A stretch of 30,307 nt of DNA from a virus (lineage: Duplodnaviria > Caudoviricetes). Location: positions 1 through 30,307 of IMG/VR virus record IMGVR_UViG_3300005326_000720. One strand, given 5' to 3'. How positions within the stretch are numbered: the first letter of the stretch is position 1; every line of letters begins with the position of its first letter. Shown here piece after piece: positions 15,568-23,454 of the stretch. Made by a program: the position numbers and the translations under genes. The notes below the pieces were generated by a model. The model had not been told where the DNA came from. It ran no database searches and saw only the letters and a list, made by a program, of their open reading frames with translations.

Positions 15568-16611
15568 TTAAGTCATGATTCTACTCTCGGTCCGATACCA
15601 ACAATACCCGAGCCCGACGCAGATAATTATGTCAGTGGTGATGATCATCATAACGAATGCGCCCTCACTCCCTGATGACAAAGGAATGAGCAAACGCTCG
15701 TAAACGAACGTCGCCGGGGCGAAGAAATAGAGCAACTGAACGAAAAAAATATGCCATGATGCTTTCCCGATTTTTATCAACGTCGGGGAATTTGCCGGCA
15801 GATACGCAAGCCCCGCGAGGACCAGGATCACGGTCCACATGAACGCGGGTGCCTGAAGAACGGCCGCGTATTCGGTGAATCCCGGGAACGATGTGAAAAG
15901 CGGGGTGTAGCAGCTCAGGCCGATATAGATCAGGCTGACTAACCCTCCGATCGCCAGCACAGTATTATTCCGTTTTTTCTGGGTGACAATCCAGACGCCA
16001 AGCGCCCCGGCAAAAATAAAGCGGAGGTAAATAGGAGCAGTCTGATCGGGAGGCCATCCCGCGAAGTAAACCACTACATCAAACACGATATTGACCGCCA
16101 GGGCAAAGATCACCATCCAGTCAGGACTCCTACGTGCGAGAAGGTACAGCAGTGGCACGATCAGAACGCTCTGCAGGATCAGCGGAATGAAATACGCTCC
16201 CCACCCAAAACCCCCGGTGATGAAGTTGAGCGGGAGGGACACGCCAGCGAGGCGGTCCGGGGCAAGGTAATATAGCATGACGATCTCGATCACCCAGCAT
16301 ATGGCGAACGGAATCAGCAGCCGCTTGAACCTCCGGAAAAGCAGCGGCGGATCGTAGCATTGCCGGAGCGTGGTGGCGCCGTATTTTTTATAGGCAAAAG
16401 CCCCGGTAAATCCGGCAACCACGAGGAAGATCGGGACCGCCTGCCAAAAATAGAAAGGCCCCCCAATCGCGAGAAAAACACCTGCGGGCAGGGCATGAAG
16501 CAAGATCACAGCGATGACGGCGAATGCCTTCAGGATGTCTATCTGCGGTACCCCCTTGGACACTTCCACCTGTGGTACGGGGGTCTCCCGTTTTCCCTTG
16601 CTTCTTCCCAT
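15568..16611 (-). CDS. Acyltransferase-3 (OafA/Oac-like) membrane O-acyltransferase
   Basis: QIDILKAFAVIAVILLH, AVPIFLVVAGF, FRRFKRLLIPF and IGKASWHIFFVQ motifs; about 9-10 TM segments. Confidence 0.85.
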   Translation of the reverse strand: MGRSKGKRETPVPQVEVSKGVPQIDILKAFAVIAVILLHALPAGVFLAIGGPFYFWQAVPIFLVVAGFTGAFAYKKYGATTLRQCYDPPLLFRRFKRLLIPFAICWVIEIVMLYYLAPDRLAGVSLPLNFITGGFGWGAYFIPLILQSVLIVPLLYLLARRSPDWMVIFALAVNIVFDVVVYFAGWPPDQTAPIYLRFIFAGALGVWIVTQKKRNNTVLAIGGLVSLIYIGLSCYTPLFTSFPGFTEYAAVLQAPAFMWTVILVLAGLAYLPANSPTLIKIGKASWHIFFVQLLYFFAPATFVYERLLIPLSSGSEGAFVMMIITTDIIICVGLGYCWYRTESRIMT

Positions 16612-16652
16612 GATATCGCTCTACAATTAATTCGAAAAGTATTATACGGTTC

Positions 16653-16814
16653 TTATTCTTTTTTGTCAGGATCTTCCATGAGCACAACCTGCACTTTTTT
16701 TCCTACCCAGGCTAGTGGAACAAATACGCGCCCAGACGATCCAGAGTTCGCTACGGTCTTCTCCACAAATGCATACCCTTCGAACGTTAAAGTCTGCTTG
16801 TTAATTGCTATCAC
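16653..16814 (-). CDS. DUF2080-like (AbrB-fold) small DNA-binding protein, 53 aa (not in ORF track)
   Basis: Hand translation: (M)IAINKQTLTFEGYAFVEKTVANSGSSGRVFVPLAWVGKKVQVVLMEDPDKKE. Start codon is uncertain (GTG 16814). Confidence 0.75.
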   Translation of the reverse strand: MIAINKQTLTFEGYAFVEKTVANSGSSGRVFVPLAWVGKKVQVVLMEDPDKKE

Positions 16815-16815
16815 C

Positions 16816-16898
16816 TGTCATTTTATAGCAATATTATAGCCATAATCTATAAATACCCACCGCCCGTATAACATTAAAATGACAATAAAATTGTCATT
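16816..16898. promoter_or_regulatory. Divergent promoter with palindromic operator
   Basis: TATAAATA at 16848-16855 (reads TTTATA on -); perfect inverted repeat AATGACAAT-AAA-ATTGTCATT at 16878-16898; extra half-site TGTCATTTT at 16816-16824; TTATAGC twice. Confidence 0.65.
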
Positions 16899-16908
16899 GG
16901 AGGACCAC

Positions 16909-17193
16909 ATGAACAAGAAAACACCGGCAATCGCAGCGCTCGTACTGTTTTCAGTATTGATCGCAGCAGTGCTTATTGTATCGTCCGTCTCGGCATCACC
17001 CGTGATTGACCAAACGCCCAACATCGTTCTGCAAGGTGAGTACCTGACCTCTGCCCAGATCCGGGCGGCGGATACCATAGGAATCGGGATTTCCCTGGAG
17101 TTCGTTGGAGATTACGAGCGGATCAAGTACTTCAGCGGGTCAACGTATCTCACAGACTTTGACAAAGAATACCAACTTCAGGAGAGGCCATAA
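16909..17193 (+). CDS. Secreted protein with signal peptide (94 aa; possibly frameshifted, alternative end 17299)
   Basis: GGAGG SD; MNKKTPAIAALVLFSVLIAAVLIVSSVSA signal peptide. Confidence 0.65.
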   Translation: MNKKTPAIAALVLFSVLIAAVLIVSSVSASPVIDQTPNIVLQGEYLTSAQIRAADTIGIGISLEFVGDYERIKYFSGSTYLTDFDKEYQLQERP

Positions 17194-17324
17194 CGAGCAG
17201 GATCGGGTGATGTTCAAGGAGTATGTGTGCTCGATCCCGGAGCTGGCCCCCAAATGCATTGAGGGGTACACAGCATTGCTGGGCAGACCAGCCTACTGAA
17301 AATTGCATGAACCCTCGCCCTCTC

Positions 17325-17340
17325 TTTTTTTTTTAAAAAA
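17325..17340. terminator. Bidirectional oligo-T terminator (T10A6)
   Basis: Lies between the convergent secreted-protein gene and the stop (17342) of the frameshifted chaperone. Archaeal-type oligo-T with no hairpin. Confidence 0.6.
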
Positions 17341-17341
17341 T

Positions 17342-17605
17342 TTATACTAGCACGTGCCGGCCGCCACGGTTCACGATCCGGATCTTATTCCCGCTATCTC
17401 TGCCGGGTGTGCTGCTGCGGTCCTCGATGCTCTTCTGGACGAGTTCCCCGATCTTGCCCAGGGCAATGATGTGTCGGTACTGTTCCTCCAGCGACCAGGA
17501 CCGCACATCCGCGACCGGGACATGGAATTCCTTCGCGATCAGGTACAGTTCCAGTTCGTCCGCGACCTCTACAGCGAGGGGGCCGAAGACCGCATGTAGT
17601 TTCCC
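17342..17605 (-). CDS. -1 frameshift extension of tail assembly chaperone (gpGT-like)
   Basis: The -1 frame is open from the GGGAAAC heptamer to TAA 17342: LHAVFGPLAVEVADELELYLIAKEFHVPVADVRSWSLEEQYRHIIALGKIG...; it has no ATG start of its own. Confidence 0.8.
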   Translation of the reverse strand, partial: GKLHAVFGPLAVEVADELELYLIAKEFHVPVADVRSWSLEEQYRHIIALGKIGELVQKSIEDRSSTPGRDSGNKIRIVNRGGRHVLV

Positions 17606-17850
17606 AGGGCGCGGATCCCTTTCTCGTTGACGCGCTCAAGTTCCTGGACCATGGTGAAGTACTTGTCTTCATCCCAGTTCAGAACCTCATCGCGTTTCAG
17701 TTTCGGCTCGACCACAGATGCCAGGATCATCTCGACATGGATATCCGCGAGATCCCGGCTCCCCGGGCCGATGAGCTTTGATGTTTGGTACGCGGTGAGT
17801 TTCTTGATCTTCAGCGTCTCGTCGCCGATCTTAATTTCAATCAGTTCCAT
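17569..17850 (-). CDS. Tail assembly chaperone (gpG-like)
   Basis: 93 aa, directly after the tube gene, with an in-frame slippery site G GGA AAC near its end. Confidence 0.8.
   Translation of the reverse strand: MELIEIKIGDETLKIKKLTAYQTSKLIGPGSRDLADIHVEMILASVVEPKLKRDEVLNWDEDKYFTMVQELERVNEKGIRALGNYMRSSAPSL
17599..17605 (-). other. Programmed -1 ribosomal frameshift site GGGAAAC
   Basis: Read as CTG GGA AAC = X XXY YYZ in the correct phase. Confidence 0.8.
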
Positions 17851-17853
17851 GGC

Positions 17854-18231
17854 TCACTTCCAGACCCTGTCGTGGGTCATCCCGAGGCCACTAATCGTTA
17901 CCTGCGGGGCCTCCTTGATCCCGCCACCGGGGGTAATCGTAGATACACGGGCGCCCGTGATCGTCACCGTGAATGCTGGGCAGTCGTACACAATCACGAG
18001 CCTCTCACGGTTGGCCTTGTACTCCTCCAGCTGGCCCAGGGCCTCGTTGGTCACTTTCATTTTTGCGGACCACGTCGGTTTCTGGTAATTTTCGTTGTAG
18101 CCGGCAACTCCCTGCGAGGTCTCAATGTGAGTCAGGGCGTCCTGGGGATCGGATTCGAATTCATCGAGGTAAAGGGCTTCAACACCGCCAATTTTCAGGC
18201 TGCACGCTTCTTGTGCCCAGTCTTCCGGCAT
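17854..18231 (-). CDS. Tail tube protein
   Basis: 125 aa, beta-rich, directly after the sheath gene. Confidence 0.7.
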   Translation of the reverse strand: MPEDWAQEACSLKIGGVEALYLDEFESDPQDALTHIETSQGVAGYNENYQKPTWSAKMKVTNEALGQLEEYKANRERLVIVYDCPAFTVTITGARVSTITPGGGIKEAPQVTISGLGMTHDRVWK

Positions 18232-19286
18232 TAGATCGCCTCCAGTGTCAGGTCCAGTTCAAACTCCTGAATATCCCCAGCCAGCCGTGCCCATACGTGG
18301 ATCCCGGTCAGTTTCCGAGCGGACACATCATCCGGATCGAGAGTCGCATAGACCGGCATGGTGACAGTGAAGTTGTCGATCGCGCCCTGGCTCTTGACGG
18401 ACTCCATGGCTCCCCGAAGCTCACCCTCGATGAACTTCAGGCCGGCAGCAGTGAACGGGATCTTCTCGGTTGATGCCCGGTACGACGCGATCGCGTTCTG
18501 CAGCACCGATTCGATGTAGTACTTCGTCCGGGTGATGTCGATGAACTTCGGGTTGTTGTCCGACTTCAGGCAGATGCCCTGACTGATCCGGGTGAGTCCA
18601 TCCCCGATGTCGATGATGTAGTTCGCCTCTGCGGCCTCGATGGTCGGACCATCTGCCGGGGCGAAGAACTTGTCGACATCGGTCACGACTTGCTTCCAGT
18701 ACGGTGATACCCAGGGCTTCAGGGCCATGAGTTTTCCGAGTGCAACAGCCGCGACGTCCCCGGCCTGGTTGGTGTCAGCGTGTGCCAAGAAAAATCCGTT
18801 CGCGGAGCTGAGTGCAGCGGTGGCGCCGGTGATGTCAGATACCGTCGCACTGTTCGGGTTGGTCACCGTGAAGATGAGGTTGTTGGTGTCAGCGAATGCC
18901 TTGAGCTTCGCGGTGAGGGTCGTTGCATCGCTTTCGATGCCGGCAAGGCAGACTCCGTTGATCAGCCCGTTGGTCGCGTGCGCGGTGAGCGTTGCCAGCG
19001 AGGTCTCGATCTCGGTCGCGGTCGGGGATCCGGGTATAGCCGCGGTGACTGCTACGGCGTACAGTTTGCGGGTGCCCTGGGCGAAGATTGCGGTGGCTGC
19101 CACAGAGATCGCGGTGCTTGCACCGTGGTCGGCTTTCACTGCGTCGACAGAGGTGTAGAGCTTGGGCGTGTCTTTGGTGGCGTACGTGCTCTCCCCGACG
19201 ATTGCCGGGACACCCCACTGCGTGACGAACTGTGTCGCAGGGACGACGCTCGCATTGATCGTGATTGCATCTTTTATGCTTCCCAT
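18231..19286 (-). CDS. Tail sheath protein (DUF3383-like)
   Basis: WGVPAIVGE...YTSVDAVKADHG...FIDITRTKYYIES...KIPFTAAGL...ARLAGDIQEF. Start 19286 is favoured by motif spacing (ORF track gives 19292). Confidence 0.85.
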   Translation of the reverse strand: MGSIKDAITINASVVPATQFVTQWGVPAIVGESTYATKDTPKLYTSVDAVKADHGASTAISVAATAIFAQGTRKLYAVAVTAAIPGSPTATEIETSLATLTAHATNGLINGVCLAGIESDATTLTAKLKAFADTNNLIFTVTNPNSATVSDITGATAALSSANGFFLAHADTNQAGDVAAVALGKLMALKPWVSPYWKQVVTDVDKFFAPADGPTIEAAEANYIIDIGDGLTRISQGICLKSDNNPKFIDITRTKYYIESVLQNAIASYRASTEKIPFTAAGLKFIEGELRGAMESVKSQGAIDNFTVTMPVYATLDPDDVSARKLTGIHVWARLAGDIQEFELDLTLEAI

Positions 19287-19307
19287 ACCCATCGGTCAGG
19301 AAAAAAG

Positions 19308-19323
19308 GAGATAAAGAAAAGTC
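19308..19323 (-). promoter_or_regulatory. Late motif copy (GACTTTTCTTTATCTC)
   Basis: 37 nt upstream of ATG 19286; overlaps the upstream TGA. Confidence 0.8.
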
Positions 19324-19858
19324 ACGAGATAGTGAGGTTCGGTGCGTCAACGGTTTCGATGGTCTCGACCGTCTTAGTATAGCTCTGCTCGAACCGTAGT
19401 ATCACGTCCACCTGCCGGCGCTCGATATCGTTCTCCAGGTAAGTGAGATCGGATATCCCGGTATCGTCCACGACTTCCGCGATCGTGGGGAGGTCCCGCA
19501 GCAGCCAGGTCTTCAGGAGCTCGACATATGCAGCGATTACTTTGTCAGCAGGGACTGCTTCAGAGTCCTTCACATTGACGTTGATCGAGAGGGTAATCTG
19601 CCGTTTCTGTCCGATCTTGTAATGGATATCTCCTGCGACAACAGACCGGCCCAGCTGCCGGTTTCCGGGCGTTGCTTCGTTGTCCCTGCGGTCCGCATAG
19701 TATCGCAGGGTCACGGCCACCGGGCTGGTCTTCAGGATCTCGGTCACGGGTTTGCCGCGGTCCGCGTACTCGATATGCGCAGCGTAGGTTGTGGACCCGA
19801 TGGTGACGGATTTCGGGAGGGTCTTGAAAATCGCGTCCTTGTCGAGGGTTGGGGTCAT
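19322..19858 (-). CDS. Tail terminator / neck protein
   Basis: Position before the sheath; ISDLTYLE..IERRQVDVILRF...VETIETV pattern. Confidence 0.65.
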   Translation of the reverse strand: MTPTLDKDAIFKTLPKSVTIGSTTYAAHIEYADRGKPVTEILKTSPVAVTLRYYADRRDNEATPGNRQLGRSVVAGDIHYKIGQKRQITLSINVNVKDSEAVPADKVIAAYVELLKTWLLRDLPTIAEVVDDTGISDLTYLENDIERRQVDVILRFEQSYTKTVETIETVDAPNLTIS

Positions 19859-20287
19859 TTAGATGATCCCCCTCCACTGCAGAAACCACCCGATACCGAC
19901 AAGGATAATTCCGGTCAGCATCCCCCACCGGGTAATGGAATTATTCCAGAAGCGATCCCATGCAGTTTCGACGGCTTGTTCGGACGTGCAGTGCGCGTCG
20001 TAAACCGGGATTTTCTTCTTGATCTCTTTGATATCCGCGGCGTTTTGCTGGCTGATGCTTGCGCCGTGTTCGCGGAGGTATTCTACTTTTGCGTCAACGT
20101 TACCAATCTGGGTGTAGATCTCTTCCTTGCACCGGCTGCAGTTCGAATTGTTGCTGCCAATGAGGGTCTTCAAATCCCCGATCTCGCGACCGAGACCTGT
20201 TGTTCTACCAGCGAGTTCCCCCACCACACCCTTCAGGTCCCCGATCTCTTTTGTCAATGCGAGAATGGCTGCTGCAGTCCCATCCAT
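19859..20287 (-). CDS. Coiled-coil protein with C-terminal TM (holin/XhlA-like topology)
   Basis: EIGDLK repeated twice; C-terminus WGMLTGIILVGIGWFLQWRGII. Confidence 0.65.
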   Translation of the reverse strand: MDGTAAAILALTKEIGDLKGVVGELAGRTTGLGREIGDLKTLIGSNNSNCSRCKEEIYTQIGNVDAKVEYLREHGASISQQNAADIKEIKKKIPVYDAHCTSEQAVETAWDRFWNNSITRWGMLTGIILVGIGWFLQWRGII

Positions 20288-20309
20288 GCATGAAACGACG
20301 CGATCGCGT

Positions 20310-20325
20310 ATTAAAAAAGGAAGTC
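20310..20325 (-). promoter_or_regulatory. Late motif variant (GACTTCCTTTTTTAAT)
   Basis: 38 nt upstream of ATG 20287. Confidence 0.55.
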
Positions 20326-20326
20326 C

Positions 20327-20863
20327 TTACGAGAAGTATTTGGCCAGGTATTTTTCAACCTCGGTATCAAATTCCCGGTTGATCATTTCGACAATATTCT
20401 CTTGCTCCTCATCGAAGACCAGCCGGAACAGCGATCGCTCCGGGATATGGTTCCAGGAATGGATGATTCCCCCGGCAACAATGCTGCCCCCGTTGGTCCC
20501 GAACTCCAGGAACTGCGCGATGAGTGCTTTCTCGTGATCGAAGATCCCCACGTGCACCCATTTCGGATTGGTCCCCTCGGTCTTTACGCTCTGCGTGGTG
20601 TTCGCGATCAACTGGAATATCTCACCGGTGTCGATCCAGGCTTTGGTGGATCCCTTCTTCCGAATCGTTGACGCTGCCAGCGGTTTCCAGCTGGGGTCCT
20701 GCGAGGTCATCTTATCGGTGATCCTGCCGGCAAGGTAATCTCCGACTTTCTGCGCTATCCGTTCGAAGATTTCCGGGATATCCGCCATGAACTTCGGGAT
20801 GTTGTTGATGTCCCGGACCGTGGTGACACCGGATCTAGGACTGATCGCTGCCAGGGAGAGCAC
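20327..20863 (-). CDS. Virion morphogenesis / tail completion protein (Mu gpG / HK97 gp10-like)
   Basis: WKPLAASTIRKKGSTKAWIDTG...AQFLEFGT...IPERSLFR. Start uncertain. Confidence 0.8.
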   Translation of the reverse strand: MLSLAAISPRSGVTTVRDINNIPKFMADIPEIFERIAQKVGDYLAGRITDKMTSQDPSWKPLAASTIRKKGSTKAWIDTGEIFQLIANTTQSVKTEGTNPKWVHVGIFDHEKALIAQFLEFGTNGGSIVAGGIIHSWNHIPERSLFRLVFDEEQENIVEMINREFDTEVEKYLAKYFS

Positions 20864-21200
20864 CCCCGTGTTGTGCGAGCATCAGGTCACGGCATTCTTT
20901 ACCGCAGAACGGGAGGATCATCATATCATACCGCTTTTTTGATGAAATAAAGAACTCTTCAAGCTGTTTCTTTGTCATCGGTACAGTATGCTTGCATTTC
21001 GGGTTCATCCACGGGACTGCAACTACTTCGTTGAGGGTTTCCTGTTTTACCTGCAGGGCGGCCTGCAGAGTATCCTGATCGATATTATCCAGTGGGATCC
21101 ATTGTTCGCGGCGCTTTTTCCCGACGTAAAAACGACGGACGAGGTATGGTTTTCCTATGCGGTTGAACCGAATACGGGCCTGTTCCTGCGGTGCCCCCAT
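20835..21200 (-). CDS. Basic hypothetical protein with possible Zn finger (121 aa)
   Basis: GGGTGA SD; PYLVRRFYVGKKRREQWI; NPKC...FCGKEC. Confidence 0.65.
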   Translation of the reverse strand: MGAPQEQARIRFNRIGKPYLVRRFYVGKKRREQWIPLDNIDQDTLQAALQVKQETLNEVVAVPWMNPKCKHTVPMTKKQLEEFFISSKKRYDMMILPFCGKECRDLMLAQHGGALPGSDQS

Positions 21201-21210
21201 GGTGTCACCC

Positions 21211-21480
21211 CTATAAAGCCCCTATTTTGACATCAGAACGACAAACGCGCTGGAAATCCGTGACACCATGGTGGCACGCGAAATCTACCTTTTCCTGCTT
21301 GACCTGGGCGAGTTCATTTATGTACTCGTCCGGGTAGATCCGGCCGTTCCGGTAGTGGAAAACGAGCGCATAGATTAAAAGAGAGGTTCGGGTCTTCGTG
21401 CATGTTGGCCGGGTCGGGCAGTCGATGGTGCAAAACCCCCGATTTGTGCAGACTGGGATGCTGGGTATGCTTGCTGGCAT
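21211..21480 (-). CDS. Cys-rich hypothetical protein (89 aa)
   Basis: GGAGG upstream; CTNRGFCTIDCPTRPTC. Confidence 0.6.
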   Translation of the reverse strand: MPASIPSIPVCTNRGFCTIDCPTRPTCTKTRTSLLIYALVFHYRNGRIYPDEYINELAQVKQEKVDFACHHGVTDFQRVCRSDVKIGAL

Positions 21481-21517
21481 AAACTACGTTATCCTCCCGC
21501 GAATAAAAACGGGTTGA

Positions 21518-21886
21518 TTACACCTTCCGTTTCAGCAGATACGTGTGCCGCAGCGGTAATCCGACCGAGTGCATGACGTAAGAGGTCCTTTCCCGCGTCT
21601 TGACATACCAGTTCGAGACCGTTGCGTCGAACTCGGTCACCTGCAGAACATCCCCGTCATTTAGTGCGACCAATGTCGAGAATCTGCGATCACCGATCTC
21701 ATATTCCCCTTCGGGCAGCCGCTGCATGTCCTTGACTGAAATGTCCTGAAGGCTCCCGGTTATCGCGACCGAAGCAACTGTTGCCGGTGGAGTCCAGGCC
21801 CCGGTGGACTGGTTGGTTTCCCCAGGGGTGATTGGGACGTGCATGATCTGCCAGGGGTAATCCAGTATCGAGAACACATCATCCAT
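21518..21886 (-). CDS. Head closure / stopper protein
   Basis: ITGSLQDISVKDMQRLPEGEY..GDRRF pattern; start MDDVF overlaps the adaptor stop. Confidence 0.7.
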   Translation of the reverse strand: MDDVFSILDYPWQIMHVPITPGETNQSTGAWTPPATVASVAITGSLQDISVKDMQRLPEGEYEIGDRRFSTLVALNDGDVLQVTEFDATVSNWYVKTRERTSYVMHSVGLPLRHTYLLKRKV

Positions 21887-22235
21887 GCGAGACCTCGAAG
21901 GGACAGCCACCCAGCTGCTCTAGGAGTTTGTTGAGATCCTTCTCGATCTCGTTCTTTGATGTGATCAGGTCCACCAGGGTGACACTGTCAGATCCGCCAG
22001 AGATTGAGGAGACAACCCGACCTTTGATGCGATTGACGTAATCGGTGATCACATCTTTCCCGGCCATGCATCGCTGGGCCTTGGCACCGAGAACGGTATC
22101 AACACCGATCCCGCGGAGTTGCAAGGTTGCAGCTGCTTCGTCCAGGGCTTGCTGGATATCTTCATCGGAAAAGAGGTATGGTTGGGTAATGTCGTTCAAT
22201 GGCCGGCGCCGGACATCCATGACTATGGCTGCCAC
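21879..22235 (-). CDS. Head-tail adaptor protein
   Basis: YLFSDEDIQQALDEA...VSSISGGSDSVT. Confidence 0.7.
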   Translation of the reverse strand: MAAIVMDVRRRPLNDITQPYLFSDEDIQQALDEAAATLQLRGIGVDTVLGAKAQRCMAGKDVITDYVNRIKGRVVSSISGGSDSVTLVDLITSKNEIEKDLNKLLEQLGGCPFEVSHG

Positions 22236-22241
22236 GGCAGG

Positions 22242-22526
22242 TTACTCCTTTTTGGGTTTCTTGTCGTCGTCAAGTCTCCGGACCTCTCCGGCTTTCTGGG
22301 GTGTTGCCGGCACTGATGTAACCGGTTTGAGATCGGTCGTTGCATCGATAACTTTCAGGCCTCCGCTCTTGAGTGTGTGACGGATCGCACCGGTCTGTTT
22401 CATTTCATCTGCCGGGATTGTAATGACATCGCCTTTTTTGGCTTTGATCCCTGACCTGGTCACAAGGAGGGCTGCCCTCACTTCGACGGTCAGTGTCTTT
22501 TCGGGGGTTCTCTCTTTTTCAGACAT
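22242..22526 (-). CDS. Small protein downstream of capsid
   Basis: GAGGTGA SD; KKGDVITIP motif common in post-capsid genes. Confidence 0.65.
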   Translation of the reverse strand: MSEKERTPEKTLTVEVRAALLVTRSGIKAKKGDVITIPADEMKQTGAIRHTLKSGGLKVIDATTDLKPVTSVPATPQKAGEVRRLDDDKKPKKE

Positions 22527-22544
22527 TTTTTCACCTCAAAAAGG

Positions 22545-23444
22545 TTAGGTGTAGAGGTCGTTGATGACACAACCGAGCTTCGGGAACTTGATGTTCGGCT
22601 CGCCCTTCGCCTTTGCAGTGTACTTGAACGCGACCTGATCCTTACCCAGGGTTGACCCGGGAATGCTCTTGGTCCGGATGGCATAGCGTTCCTGCCAGAC
22701 ACCAATGTCTTTTTTCTTGAAGACAAGCGCACGGCCATCATCATCCGGATCAATGGCGTCATCTTCGACAACAATCAACCCCATGAATGTCTGGACAACC
22801 CCGGTGACAATATAGCCATCGGGTCCCTGAGTGTTGTAAAGCCGGCTCTTGATGTAATCGAAAGCCGAGAGGTATTCGATTGTCAGAGAACTCATGAGAA
22901 TGGTGTCTGCCCTCTGGGCGAACTTGGTAGCGGTTTTTACCGCTCTCTTGGCACGACCCACATCGGATGCAGGATCCCCAGCGTTGGCACCGGCTGATAC
23001 ATCCCAGGGCTTGGTGGCATCGATCGAGCTGATCCCATTGGCGGATATGATATCGCTGAAGATGACCAGATCTTCGAAGTATGACATGGCATACGCGACA
23101 TTGTTGATCATCACCCGGATCTCATCTTCTGCGTTGTCTTCCTGCTGCTCTTCGGTGACTTCGAACCATCCACCATACGGGCGGACGCGCTTGGTCCCTT
23201 TCAGGAAGGTAAAGTCAAGTTTCGGCAGTGCGCCATTTTCTGAGAGCCAGTCAATGTCTCCGGAGGTGTCACTCTCTTCAACGGTAGATACTGTTGATAC
23301 ATCAATGGGCTGATACCCCAGGAGTGTGCGGCCGATAAAATTCTTCTGGTACTGCAGTTTAATTGCAGATTCGACAACCTCAGGACTAATGAGCGGGTTG
23401 TTGCTCGCCGATAAGTCTTTTTCTTTGTATGCTGCTCCTACCAT
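22545..23444 (-). CDS. Major capsid protein (HK97 fold, 299 aa)
   Basis: GGAGG SD before MVGAAY; LSENGALP...VRPYGGWFEVTEEQQED...DTILMS...FMGLIVVED. Confidence 0.85.
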   Translation of the reverse strand: MVGAAYKEKDLSASNNPLISPEVVESAIKLQYQKNFIGRTLLGYQPIDVSTVSTVEESDTSGDIDWLSENGALPKLDFTFLKGTKRVRPYGGWFEVTEEQQEDNAEDEIRVMINNVAYAMSYFEDLVIFSDIISANGISSIDATKPWDVSAGANAGDPASDVGRAKRAVKTATKFAQRADTILMSSLTIEYLSAFDYIKSRLYNTQGPDGYIVTGVVQTFMGLIVVEDDAIDPDDDGRALVFKKKDIGVWQERYAIRTKSIPGSTLGKDQVAFKYTAKAKGEPNIKFPKLGCVINDLYT

Positions 23445-23454
23445 GATTCCTCCA

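Noticed and set aside
17394-17672. 92-aa minus-strand ORF as the chaperone extension
   Set aside because: It is in the +1 frame and has an Arg/Gly/Pro-rich non-protein-like sequence. The -1 frame is the plausible one.
9861-19286. Stand-alone contractile injection system (eCIS/T6SS/tailocin) because of PAAR, spike and sheath
   Set aside because: Terminase, portal, protease, capsid and neck genes are contiguous, so it is a virus tail.
21500-21520. Eleventh late motif upstream of 21480
   Set aside because: It has TTTTTATT but no GAC at -37 to -39, and the gene has a GGAGG SD.
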